64,000 nucleotides of DNA from Candidatus Thorarchaeota archaeon. GTDB lineage: Archaea > Asgardarchaeota > Thorarchaeia > Thorarchaeales > Thorarchaeaceae. How positions within the stretch are numbered: the first letter of the stretch is position 1; each line of letters begins with the position of its first letter. The notes beneath the pieces are model-generated. The model searched no databases. It was not told the origin of the DNA and saw nothing but the letters and a program-made list of their open reading frames with translations. A program made the translations under genes and the position numbers. Below, piece by piece: positions 25,050-34,240 of this stretch. Location: contig RDOC01000001.1 of NCBI GenBank assembly GCA_011364985.1, positions 4,271 through 68,270 of the forward strand, in the 5' to 3' direction.

Positions 25050-26597
25050 TCAAAGGGGAATGTTTCCATGCTTCTTTGGTGGGCGACTCTGTCTCTTACT
25101 TGATAGCACATCCAATCCTTTGCATACAAGTGGTCGAGTTTCGTGTGGAAAGATGACCTTGTCGATGTACCCCAATCCTGCAGCAACATATGGATTAGCA
25201 AATTTTCGTCGGTACTCCTTAACTAGCTCAGCACGCTTCTTCTCCTTATCCTTCGCCTTCTCAATCTCCTTCCGAAATATAATGTTGATAGCGCCATCTG
25301 GCCCCATGACCGCAATTTCTGCAGTGGGCCACGCATAGACAAAATCTGCACCAATATGTTTTGAGGCCATTACATCAAATGCCCCACCATATCCCTTTCT
25401 AGTCACAACTGTGATCATAGGAACTGTTGCCTCTGCATAGGCATATAGAATCTTTGCGCCGTGTCGTATAATGCCGCCCCACTCCTGTGCCGTTCCAGGA
25501 AGATAGCCGGGGACATCCATGAACGTAATGATTGGAATGTTGAAGGCGTCACAGGTTCGTACGAATCTTGAGCATTTGTCAGAAGCGTTTATGTCAATTG
25601 TTCCGGCCAGGTGGGCAGGATTGTTTCCCACAATACCAACAGACCGACCATCAAAACGAGCAAATCCGACAATCATGTTCTTTGCCCAATGCTCTTGGAC
25701 TTCGAAGAACACACCATTGTCCACCAATTTGGTAACTACATCTCTCATGTCATATGGCTTGTTCGGATCCTCAGGTACTAAGTCATCAATGCTCTTGTCA
25801 ACACTATCAGCAGCGTGGCCTGTGTCCACACGAGGCGGGTCTTCAAGGTTGTTGCTTGGAAGATAGCTTAGCAGGGCCTTTATCTGCTCAAAGCAGTCGT
25901 CCTCATCCTCGCTGGCAAAGTGTGCGACCCCACTTACTGAATTGTGTGTCATGGCGCCTCCGAGCTCTTCAAAGGTGACCTCCTCTCCGGTCACGGTCTT
26001 GATAACATCAGGACCTGTAATGAACATATGAGCTATGCCTTTGACCATTAGTGTGAAATCGGTGACCGCTGGGCTATAGACAGCGCCTCCTGCGCACGGC
26101 CCCATGATTGCCGAGATTTGCGGAATGACTCCGCTAGCTAGGGTATTAAGGCGAAACACGTCGCAGTAGACTTTGAGAGCCTTTATTCCCTCTTGGACGC
26201 GAGCGCCAGCCCCCGAGTTTAATCCTATGATAGGAGCACCTGTTGCCATTGCGTGCTCCATGACTTTTACCATCTTTCCTCCATACATCTCAGCCAGAGA
26301 TCCTCCGAAAACCGTGAAGTCCTGACTGAAGATGAAAACCTTTCGTCCGTTAATGGTTCCATACCCTGTTACAACTCCATCTCCCAGTATTTTCTTCTCA
26401 TCCATTCCGAAATCAGGTTCTCGATGAACCACAAACTCATCAAATTCAACAAAGGAGCCTTGGTCTAGGAGTCGATCGATGCGTTCTCTTGCGGTTAGTC
26501 TTCCCGCCTGATGTTCTTTCTCTATGCGTTCTATTCCGCCTCCAAGCCTAGATTGTTCGCGCATCTTCTCAAGCTCTTTGAATTTCTCCTTCGACAA
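25050..26597 (-). CDS. pccB: acyl-CoA carboxyltransferase (propionyl-CoA carboxylase beta chain / methylmalonyl-CoA carboxyltransferase 12S)
   Basis: 515 aa with full-length family resemblance. Recognisable segments include RLTARERIDRLLD, TGYGTINGRKVFIFSQDFTVFGGSL, GLNSGAGARVQEG, GPCAGGAVYSPA and VVTRKGYGGAFDVM. Confidence 0.92.
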   Translation of the reverse strand: MSKEKFKELEKMREQSRLGGGIERIEKEHQAGRLTARERIDRLLDQGSFVEFDEFVVHREPDFGMDEKKILGDGVVTGYGTINGRKVFIFSQDFTVFGGSLAEMYGGKMVKVMEHAMATGAPIIGLNSGAGARVQEGIKALKVYCDVFRLNTLASGVIPQISAIMGPCAGGAVYSPAVTDFTLMVKGIAHMFITGPDVIKTVTGEEVTFEELGGAMTHNSVSGVAHFASEDEDDCFEQIKALLSYLPSNNLEDPPRVDTGHAADSVDKSIDDLVPEDPNKPYDMRDVVTKLVDNGVFFEVQEHWAKNMIVGFARFDGRSVGIVGNNPAHLAGTIDINASDKCSRFVRTCDAFNIPIITFMDVPGYLPGTAQEWGGIIRHGAKILYAYAEATVPMITVVTRKGYGGAFDVMASKHIGADFVYAWPTAEIAVMGPDGAINIIFRKEIEKAKDKEKKRAELVKEYRRKFANPYVAAGLGYIDKVIFPHETRPLVCKGLDVLSSKRQSRPPKKHGNIPL

Positions 26598-26673
26598 TGT
26601 TACAACACCTCATTCTCTTGGATTAGCAGATTCAAACTGTTCTAGTTTTCAATGTTCTGTTTCTTGTTGGTTC

Positions 26674-26943
26674 TTATGGATTTGATTTCTTGAAAGCATT
26701 CTGAATAGTCGAGGACCTCCCTACAATACTATATTCCAACCATGGGATTGACACTATTTCACCAGTACTATATCCATCGGCATGAAAGTGAAGGATGGTC
26801 TTCTCATTTTCATTGGAAATAGAAATCCGTTTGATAGCATATGGCATTCGATTGAGCTCAATGAGCCAGAGAACTTCCCTACTGGTAAATCCAAACATCG
26901 AAAGGCGTGCCTCTCTTCTTGTTGGTTGCTTCGCATTGGACAA
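26674..26943 (-). CDS. hypothetical protein upstream of pccB
   Basis: 89-aa ORF in the same orientation, 76 nt upstream of pccB. No motif recognised. Confidence 0.3.
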   Translation of the reverse strand: MSNAKQPTRREARLSMFGFTSREVLWLIELNRMPYAIKRISISNENEKTILHFHADGYSTGEIVSIPWLEYSIVGRSSTIQNAFKKSNP

Positions 26944-27239
26944 CTCCTACTCCATTTGTTAGTGAATCTGTTACTCTTCTTCAATTGAATCATTCTTACC
27001 CCTCATTCTAGCCTATCAAGAATCTCATTTCAACGATGAGAAGCGATACCAACCCGTGACTGAAATTCAAGAAGCTGAAGAGTAGATGCACGAGAAATCA
27101 TTCAATGTGAAAAATAGATCTGGGAAGTGCTAAGAGGTATCCTGCCCAATTCCATTGCAGATGACAATCTAAACAATCTGCAATTCGAAAACGCAGCAGA
27201 CAATATCAAGAAAAGCTTACAAGTGCTAACAGCATTGCG

Positions 27240-27545
27240 ATGCTTCGAAGCACAGAGAACCAGATTCGAGTCATCGCCTTGGGAAGAATCGACAAAAGTG
27301 TGAGTTGGTTGGGATTCATTGGGGTTTCTCCAGTCTACAGAGGGCGAAGATTTGGACGCAGGATTCTGCGCGCCTATGTTGAGAAATTCAGTCAGAAAGG
27401 TACACACAAAGTCAGTCTTTATTCATCTTCGAGTTTGGTGTCCGCAATTCAGCTCTATGAGCAAGCAGAATTCATCCAAGAGGGCTACTTGAAGCGGCAC
27501 TCGTATGGAATGGATCTTGTCCTTTGCAGCAAATTCATCGAGTAG
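27240..27545 (+). CDS. GNAT-family N-acetyltransferase, C-terminal two-thirds only (possibly frameshifted at the 5-prime end)
   Basis: Motif A reads IGVSPVYRGRRFGRRIL (the R/Q-x-x-G-x-G/A class). At 101 aa it is too short for a complete GNAT. Upstream sequence carries protein-like ORF pieces in two other frames. Confidence 0.55.
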   Translation: MLRSTENQIRVIALGRIDKSVSWLGFIGVSPVYRGRRFGRRILRAYVEKFSQKGTHKVSLYSSSSLVSAIQLYEQAEFIQEGYLKRHSYGMDLVLCSKFIE

Positions 27546-27570
27546 AGGGAGTACTTGGTCTTGAATCCCG

Positions 27571-27846
27571 TCAATCTATCTGAATGTTATTCAGACAGAG
27601 CGGCAGCTTTGCTTGGTCTTTCAACCAAGTAGGATGAACGCCGGTACTACTAAGCAACATCTCACATGGGAATTCATCACACTCTGTGCAAAACAGAAGA
27701 TTCTTTTCTGTTCTGCAGCAGTTGCGGATGCTACACTCAGATCTACTCTCGGTTCCACACCCTTTGCATTCATGGTTCATAAGGTATCTACAAGAACCGC
27801 AATACAGCAGGCATGGAGTTGCCAATTCGTCACCTGACATGGCCAA
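27571..27846 (-). CDS. DUF3795-like Cys-rich protein
   Basis: The pattern is CLLYCGSCRYL...CKGCG...C..RNCC...FCTECDEFPC. Confidence 0.65.
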   Translation of the reverse strand: MAMSGDELATPCLLYCGSCRYLMNHECKGCGTESRSECSIRNCCRTEKNLLFCTECDEFPCEMLLSSTGVHPTWLKDQAKLPLCLNNIQID

Positions 27847-27882
27847 AACAATCTCCTTTTAGTTCTTGACTCAGATGTGTAT

Positions 27883-28179
27883 CTACAATATCCTGAAGTA
27901 GACTCTTCGCTCTGTGCGCCATCGATTCAGGTCAATCTTAAGCTGCTCGATCTTTTGCCTATCGGCGTAATAGAGCGGCTGTCTCATGTCCGCTAAATTG
28001 TCTTGCCTCTTACACAGGTCATGTTTCCGAAGCTCCTTCAGAGCATGAGATATTGTCCGTAATGGGATGTTGGATTTCTCATGTAATCCGCTTGGAGTGA
28101 GGGGACCTTCACAGACCAGCTTTTCCAATATTATCATGGCACTGCGAGGAAGAGTTCCAATCTTCATTAGAACCACCAT
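27883..28179 (-). CDS. small winged-helix transcriptional regulator (MarR/ArsR-like)
   Basis: ILEKLVCEGPLTPSGLHEKSNIPLRTISHALKELRKHDLCKR. It is followed co-directionally by the DUF3795-like gene. Confidence 0.7.
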   Translation of the reverse strand: MVVLMKIGTLPRSAMIILEKLVCEGPLTPSGLHEKSNIPLRTISHALKELRKHDLCKRQDNLADMRQPLYYADRQKIEQLKIDLNRWRTERRVYFRIL

Positions 28180-28180
28180 T

Positions 28181-28246
28181 TTACACCTAACCAGTGTAAC
28201 AATCTGCTAATAAATCATTCTGTTTTGTTACACTATTTCAGTGTAA
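28181..28246. promoter_or_regulatory. two copies of the palindrome TTACAC-N7-GTGTAA in a divergent promoter region
   Basis: The copies are at 28181-28199 (TTACACctaaccaGTGTAA) and 28228-28246 (TTACACtatttcaGTGTAA), 47 bp apart. The first abuts the wHTH start codon. The second overlaps a TAAATAT TATA-like box about 35 nt before the TrmB ATG. Confidence 0.5.
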
Positions 28247-28280
28247 ATATGTTTTTAAGGGGGCCTGAGGAAATAGAGAT

Positions 28281-29111
28281 ATGTCCGAAAGCAGAGAATG
28301 TCTAATCGAAACCCTCACCAACGAAATGAGTTTGTCACCGTATGAAGCCAGAGCCTATGTGGCGGTCCTCTTCGATGGCCCATTATCTCCAAAGGGCGTG
28401 AATCAGAAAGCAGGTATACCTCGACCCAGAACCTATGACGTGTTGACAAGTCTTGTTGGTAAAGGGCTTCTTATGGAGCAGCCAGGCAAGCCTTCCAGAT
28501 ACCTAGCAGTTGACCCTCAGGCTGGATTGAAGAAGCTCATGGAGGAAGAAGAAAAGAAAGTCCTTCGCCAGGTACAGCAAAAGTGGGGAGCAATTGAAGC
28601 TCTCATACCATCATTATCGGAGGCTTACTCTATCTCACTCGATGCTGAGGCAAAGGAGGACTCGGTCTGGGTAGCAAGAAAGGATAGAGCGATGGTTGCA
28701 AAGTACACAGAAGCAATACGAAATGTAGAAACAGAGTTCACACTGGCAACTGCTCTTCGAACACCTCCGACCAAGGATGTACTTGATGCCGTGAAGTATG
28801 CTCTGAAGCATGAGAAGACTTCCAGGGTAGTGCGACCCATAGAAGAGTCCTGGCCAAGGGAACATATCAAGGAATACTTGGACTTGATTCACACAGGTGA
28901 TCAGATAAGGCGTCTTGATTACGATGGACTCTCATTCGCAGTATTTGACAGGCAAGAAGTTATCTTATGGATACCGCCTCACCCTTCGAAGTTGACAGTA
29001 TGGATAAGGCTGCCCCAACTCGCCGACATTCTAATGGAGCGCTTTGAGAACCTATGGAAGATGGCCTCCCCTGCAGAGCCATATCTTGAGGAGCTGCTCA
29101 AGAGACCCTAG
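28281..29111 (+). CDS. TrmB family transcriptional regulator
   Basis: LSPYEARAYVAVLFDGPLSPKGVNQKAGIPRPRTYDVLTSLVGKGLL is a typical TrmB N-terminal wHTH. A C-terminal effector-type domain follows. Confidence 0.85.
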   Translation: MSESRECLIETLTNEMSLSPYEARAYVAVLFDGPLSPKGVNQKAGIPRPRTYDVLTSLVGKGLLMEQPGKPSRYLAVDPQAGLKKLMEEEEKKVLRQVQQKWGAIEALIPSLSEAYSISLDAEAKEDSVWVARKDRAMVAKYTEAIRNVETEFTLATALRTPPTKDVLDAVKYALKHEKTSRVVRPIEESWPREHIKEYLDLIHTGDQIRRLDYDGLSFAVFDRQEVILWIPPHPSKLTVWIRLPQLADILMERFENLWKMASPAEPYLEELLKRP

Positions 29112-29196
29112 AGATCCAAGAAGCATAGGTCTGTTCTGATGGATATGTGAACACAGCAACAGAGATGCTGTCGTTTCAGTCATTGGTGTTGTTGAT

Positions 29197-29985
29197 TTAG
29201 CTTCGATGAGCATCATTAAGAATTCGAATAGCCCGCAAAGCTGCTCTTGCCTGCACGCGACATGTTTCCGAATATACTTCATCCATGTAGGAAGCACTCC
29301 ATCCTTTTGTCAGATCAATGTAAGGCTGAAAAAGCACCCCAATTGGTGTTTTGGTGACTCTCGCCAAGGAATAGAGTGCTGCTGCTTCGCCATTCTCCAT
29401 TGATAAGCAGCCGCGATTTCTATAGTCCATTGCTAGTTCTGGTGTAATGCGATAAAGTGCTTCACAGCTGCCCACAGCCCCTTGTTTCCAAGCAGCATTT
29501 GTTTCGTCTAGCGCCTGCGCCAAGGCTTCGAAAGCGCTGGATTCACAACCAATTTCCTCGTCACAATTCCCGTAGTGAATAGATGTGCCATCAATGCCGA
29601 TGGCATTTGTCGGCAGATGTATCTCCCCTTTGTCCAAGTATTCAGGTCCTAGGCTCCATGATGCACAAAGGAGAAACAATGCTCGTGTTCCAAAATGAAT
29701 CAACTCATGACACAAAGCAGCCAAAGGGGATGCACCCATTGGTGGAATGACCAATGCCACTTTAATATCATCAAGATTTCCAATCAGCGAAACCAAGGGA
29801 GTGGAGTAGGGCGAGAAACGCCAACCTTCCCATTGCCACTCCTGCATTCCACATTGGCTACGAATCTCATCAAGGACTGCCTTGTTAAAGGTCAGGATTG
29901 TTACCTCTGGTACCCCGAGCTGAGACGCGGGAACCCCACGCAACTCAGCTTCTTTTCGAATTTGTTCAGGACGGATTAAGAACAT
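29197..29985 (-). CDS. nucleoside phosphorylase/nucleosidase superfamily (PNP_UDP_1-like) protein
   Basis: The family pattern is present: PPMGASPLAALCHELIHFGTRALFLLCASWSL, then IHLPTNAIGIDGTSIHY, then SMENGEAAALYSLA. Specificity cannot be called. Confidence 0.5.
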   Translation of the reverse strand: MFLIRPEQIRKEAELRGVPASQLGVPEVTILTFNKAVLDEIRSQCGMQEWQWEGWRFSPYSTPLVSLIGNLDDIKVALVIPPMGASPLAALCHELIHFGTRALFLLCASWSLGPEYLDKGEIHLPTNAIGIDGTSIHYGNCDEEIGCESSAFEALAQALDETNAAWKQGAVGSCEALYRITPELAMDYRNRGCLSMENGEAAALYSLARVTKTPIGVLFQPYIDLTKGWSASYMDEVYSETCRVQARAALRAIRILNDAHRS

Positions 29986-30001
29986 AAGATCACCTCATTT
30001 A

Positions 30002-30832
30002 CTACAGAGAATCTATGGAAGATGAAAACACAAGAGCACGGGTGTTCGGATAGTACGCCATACCATGCTGTTTGATCTGAGACCCGAATCGACTCATTAG
30101 CTCATCAAAGGAAATCGCCGTGACATCATATTCTTTGAAGATGATTGGCGCCTGTTCGCAGGCAAACTGCAATTCTTCACTAGCTTGTTCAAAAGTCATC
30201 TTCTTCCTCACTTCAAAGACAGCTTCATCGATCAATCGAAATCCATGCTCTGCAAAAGCATCGATATAGAACTCCTTTGGCAGATAGACTGCATTAAGGC
30301 CGATATTCGCCCATACTTCTTCAGCAATCCTCTCCTCAGGGGAATCGCCATATTCCACAACTGATATCTGCACTAGACCGCTGCGCTTGACAACACGAGA
30401 CACCTCAGAAATAGCTGCAAGAAGCCCAGATCTTCCTCTCGTCATCAATACGTCTTCTAAGCCAAGGAAGTTCACCGTTAGGTCGAAATACTCATCATCA
30501 AACGGGAGTTCTGTAACATCACATTCAGTATATTGAATATTGTCCCACGTATTCGAAGGGTAAAGATTCGAGGATCTTAGACCAATAAAGCAATCCAAAT
30601 CGCTCTTCAATCCTGTACCATGAATGGTGCAGCTGGGACACAGTTTAGCGACTTCGGCACTTAAATACCCATGACCAGCAAGTAGGTCCAAGACGATTTG
30701 ACTGCCCCCTGATAGTCTTTCCTTGAACAGCAAAGCAATCTTCGTCCGGACATCCTCAAATTTGTTGAAGACTCGCTGATACTCTTCATCACTAAAATAC
30801 GAAAACATCACGTATCCTCCGATTCTCTTCAA
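30002..30832 (-). CDS. class I SAM-dependent methyltransferase
   Basis: Motif I reads VLDLLAGHGYLS and the post-I/II region reads DLTVNFLGLEDV. An alternative start lies at Met9. Confidence 0.7.
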   Translation of the reverse strand: MKRIGGYVMFSYFSDEEYQRVFNKFEDVRTKIALLFKERLSGGSQIVLDLLAGHGYLSAEVAKLCPSCTIHGTGLKSDLDCFIGLRSSNLYPSNTWDNIQYTECDVTELPFDDEYFDLTVNFLGLEDVLMTRGRSGLLAAISEVSRVVKRSGLVQISVVEYGDSPEERIAEEVWANIGLNAVYLPKEFYIDAFAEHGFRLIDEAVFEVRKKMTFEQASEELQFACEQAPIIFKEYDVTAISFDELMSRFGSQIKQHGMAYYPNTRALVFSSSIDSL

Positions 30833-30901
30833 TCAATTTATGAATTGCTAACTGACGACTAGAAAACCAATTATAGTCATAGCGCCTAGGCATGGACTTT
30901 T

Positions 30902-32605
30902 TCAAAAATCGACCTCCTTGATTTTTCTTTTCCTCACCATTACGAAGACAACAAATGCAAGTACTGATACGATCAGAGAGCCAGTTAATACTTGCCATAC
31001 AATGAGAGTTAGAGTGCTTTGCTCAATCTGATTGTGGATATTCATCAGTGACTGAATAGCGACTGTGTAATCCCAATTATAGAAGCTTTCAGTGCTCTGT
31101 ATGAAATCCGCCAGAAGGGAATCGCTGACAGATTCGGACTCCATCAGAAGAGATCTGGTGAGATTGAAGTAAGACAGATAGCTCATTCTGGCACGTGCAT
31201 CTCTGCAGTATGAGCAGAAGTCTGAACACAAGGCACTCATAGAACAAAGTGTTTTGGCGAATATTGTCCCTAGAGAAGCATGATGGGAAAGACTGAGCCA
31301 ATGGCCTATCTCATGACGCAGTAGATTGGTGAGGTATATCGATCCGACTTCACCCATCTCGTTAACGACGCTTCTATGAACTCCCATGATAACAATGCCA
31401 TGGCTGAATAAACATAGACCTGCACCCATGCCTGCAACCCCAGCAAACGTTGTGTTTTCAGGCATGATAAGCATAGCAACGTGTATTTTCGACTTGTCAC
31501 CCAAGTTGGTTCCGGGAAAGTAGTCTTGCAGCTTCCCAGATAGATACTCATTGATTGGGTCGGTCTCTCTCCAATCCCATACAACATTAGAATCAGAGAG
31601 GATGCTCTCTTTTGTGCCATTCGGGCATTGCCATGTGTAATTCAATGGCCCATACGGACTTAATGTCCTACTTGAGAGTAGGCTTCTAACTTCAGCATCC
31701 AGTTCGTGGTATCTTATTGACAAATCCCATGTGGTCCATGGCATCAGACTCAGAAAGGATTGTGTCAGACCTTCGAAGCAAGGACTACATTCTGATTCTG
31801 TGAGAACTAAAACATCAATATTGTAGTTCTCATACATTTGGCGATCAGCTTCGATCATTTCTGATTCCTCTGCACCAAGAAGGTCGCGAAACATCTCCGG
31901 AATAGATGACTTTAGGAGATCAATAGCAGTAGCGGTCAGGGCTGATTTCGTTATGCCATTATACACAATAGAAGATATGTCAAAGAATATCGCCCGACTT
32001 AGTCCACCAAACTTTGAGGTGCATTCCCATACCTTCGTGACTGAATCATCGAAGAAGTCAATCCTGCCCAATAGCAATTCTGGCTCTTGATCCACATAGA
32101 ACCAAGAGTGGTTGTTTAGGAATGAAGGAAGACAGATGAACGATAGAAGATAACCTCTTGCTGGTATTACCGATAGGTCATTCATACGTTCATCTAGAAG
32201 CGTTGAATTGAGGTAGAGCAGCCCATCGATTTCGTGTGAATTTGAGGACAATTCAAGCGCAACTTCATCAGGAAAATCAGTGAATGAGAAAGAATAGTCC
32301 AAGCTCCAGTTTATGGATGATTCGCTACAGAACTGAGTACAAGAATCAGGCAATTCTTCTGCAATCAGAAGTTCATCAACGAACGTTTCATTGATCCCTT
32401 GGAACAGTATCCTAATCTCAGCCGTCTGATTCATGTCCAAGGCAGGCAAGTCCGTATTCTCAGACGTAGAACAGGATAAAGCACTGAATTGAGCAGGTCT
32501 CATATGACATGCGGGTTCGAGAAGAAGTAACATGGTCAGAATCAAGAACACGAATGATGTCTGCAATCCACGATCCATTTTCTTGTTCAACTCGTAGCTT
32601 AACAC
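30902..32605 (-). CDS. membrane-anchored extracellular zinc metalloprotease, metzincin/M43 (pappalysin/ulilysin)-like
   Basis: HEIGHWLSLSHH at 31280-31315 fits HExxHxxxxxH. There is an N-terminal signal-like segment and a C-terminal TM helix followed by RKRKIKEVDF. Confidence 0.6.
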   Translation of the reverse strand: MLSYELNKKMDRGLQTSFVFLILTMLLLLEPACHMRPAQFSALSCSTSENTDLPALDMNQTAEIRILFQGINETFVDELLIAEELPDSCTQFCSESSINWSLDYSFSFTDFPDEVALELSSNSHEIDGLLYLNSTLLDERMNDLSVIPARGYLLSFICLPSFLNNHSWFYVDQEPELLLGRIDFFDDSVTKVWECTSKFGGLSRAIFFDISSIVYNGITKSALTATAIDLLKSSIPEMFRDLLGAEESEMIEADRQMYENYNIDVLVLTESECSPCFEGLTQSFLSLMPWTTWDLSIRYHELDAEVRSLLSSRTLSPYGPLNYTWQCPNGTKESILSDSNVVWDWRETDPINEYLSGKLQDYFPGTNLGDKSKIHVAMLIMPENTTFAGVAGMGAGLCLFSHGIVIMGVHRSVVNEMGEVGSIYLTNLLRHEIGHWLSLSHHASLGTIFAKTLCSMSALCSDFCSYCRDARARMSYLSYFNLTRSLLMESESVSDSLLADFIQSTESFYNWDYTVAIQSLMNIHNQIEQSTLTLIVWQVLTGSLIVSVLAFVVFVMVRKRKIKEVDF

Positions 32606-32735
32606 GACTTATCTGATAACCAAGCAGCAGAGTCAGCTTCTCTTGAGAGACCAACGGCTTTTCATCTTATTCGGAACCAGCTGGCTCGACGCTGGAGGAA
32701 ACTGAACGTCTTAAAAGCAGTGACATCTCAGCATA

Positions 32736-33179
32736 TTACACAAGACAAGTGATGCCAATATGGGAGAGGAATATGAGCGTGTCGCAGAAATCATATATGG
32801 CTTTCACTCCGGGGATTATTAGAGCAGTGGGTAAGATACAGGTAGATAGTGCAATGACATCAATGCATATGACAGCTATCCCAAGCTTGGATACAAGAAT
32901 CTGAAATCTTGTAAGAGGATATGATGCGAGAGTCTTTATGAAACCATTTTGGAGAGAGCCAGCAAAGCTGTAAGCTAGAATCGTAGGGAGAATAAATGCA
33001 ACAACTATAACTGCCATGTTGAATGCTGTAAGAATACAATTCGTTGAAGCATTACGCAATATCTCCGAGTATGCCTCTATTGCCACAGGTCCATGCAATA
33101 TAGGATCTTGAGAAATAACTAGGGGGATTCTGTTTAGACTCCCGAAGACCACAGTAGTGCCCATCATGAAAAACACCAA
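32736..33179 (-). CDS. short ABC-2-type permease-like membrane protein. The start is uncertain and the gene may be truncated.
   Basis: About 4 TM segments lie directly downstream of the ABC ATPase gene. The only start is a TTG. Its own frame stays open 23 further codons upstream without a start codon. Confidence 0.4.
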   Translation of the reverse strand: MVFFMMGTTVVFGSLNRIPLVISQDPILHGPVAIEAYSEILRNASTNCILTAFNMAVIVVAFILPTILAYSFAGSLQNGFIKTLASYPLTRFQILVSKLGIAVICIDVIALSTCILPTALIIPGVKAIYDFCDTLIFLSHIGITCLV

Positions 33180-33256
33180 AAATGCTTTCCAGCCACGGAA
33201 AATGATAATACATTTCTCCTTCTGCTCTGATAGTCCAATACCATCTCTTCAATCTA

Positions 33257-34240
33257 TTACTCATTTGAAATGGCCTCCCGAAATGCATCTGTAAGAGAAT
33301 CCGCGCGTTCAAAAGAGTATACCTTGATTCCATTTCGTCTAGCAATCTCTTGAATACCCTTTTCTGCACTTTCGATTTCTTCAGGAGCAATTCTCATTCT
33401 AATTGAATTTGCGCCTGTGATTTCTGCTGATTCATACCGTTTCGTTGAACGAAGGGATGCGAAGAGCTGTTGTGCATCTGATGTGATGACTTTGTAGACA
33501 CCTAGGGTTAGCTTGTCAACTGTTTCTGGAAGTGGTCCTCCGCTGACCAAACGTCCCTTGTTGATAATAGCAATATCATGACATAAGGTTTCAAGCTCGG
33601 ACAGTATATGGGAAGTGACAAAGAAAGAAACGCCGGAGTCATTATGAAGCTCTACGATAAGTTTGATAACCTCCTCTCGTCCTACAACATCTAGATTAGC
33701 AGTCGGCTCGTCTAGGAATACAAGGTCAGGACATCCTATCAAAGCTTGAGCGATTCCCAAACGCTGAAGCATTCCTGCTGATAGTTTTCCAATCAGTCGA
33801 TCTTCCGCATCGTAAAGACCAACCTCTTTCAATATGTGTGAGATATTTTCAGTGCTCTGATAAAATCCGCGGATATAGTTTAGATACCTGTGTGGTGTAA
33901 GTGTGCTTGGATAAGACGGCTTCTCATGAAGAACTCCGATTCTCTCTTTGACATCAAGAAGATTCTTTGAGATATCGAAGCCAAGAACATGAGCTGTGCC
34001 TTCATCAGGTTTGATTAGACCAAGAAGAATCCGCAGCAGAGTCGTTTTCCCAGCACCATTAGGTCCGATTAGTCCGAATATTCCTCGTTTGACAGAGAAG
34101 CTTACATCAATCAGTGCTTCAACATCCTCAAAGGATTTTGATATGTTGGAAATTGAGATAATACTATCAGTGCACATTAATACAGACCCTCTACGAATTG
34201 ATTTCGAATATCTTGCAACTAAGTGATTTGTCAACTGCAT
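33257..34240 (-). CDS. ABC transporter ATP-binding protein (ABC-2/CcmA-like subfamily)
   Basis: Motifs are Walker A GPNGAGKTT, signature LSAGMLQRL and Walker B LVFLDEPT. The more family-typical start is Met22 (ATG at 34175-34177, MCTDSIISISNISKSF). Confidence 0.9.
   Translation of the reverse strand: MQLTNHLVARYSKSIRRGSVLMCTDSIISISNISKSFEDVEALIDVSFSVKRGIFGLIGPNGAGKTTLLRILLGLIKPDEGTAHVLGFDISKNLLDVKERIGVLHEKPSYPSTLTPHRYLNYIRGFYQSTENISHILKEVGLYDAEDRLIGKLSAGMLQRLGIAQALIGCPDLVFLDEPTANLDVVGREEVIKLIVELHNDSGVSFFVTSHILSELETLCHDIAIINKGRLVSGGPLPETVDKLTLGVYKVITSDAQQLFASLRSTKRYESAEITGANSIRMRIAPEEIESAEKGIQEIARRNGIKVYSFERADSLTDAFREAISNE

Noticed and set aside
33052-33390. 112-aa minus-strand ORF overlapping the 3-prime end of the ABC ATPase gene
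   Set aside because: Its first two-thirds is an alternative frame of the ATPase gene. Only its last part is relevant, as discussed in the permease frameshift finding.
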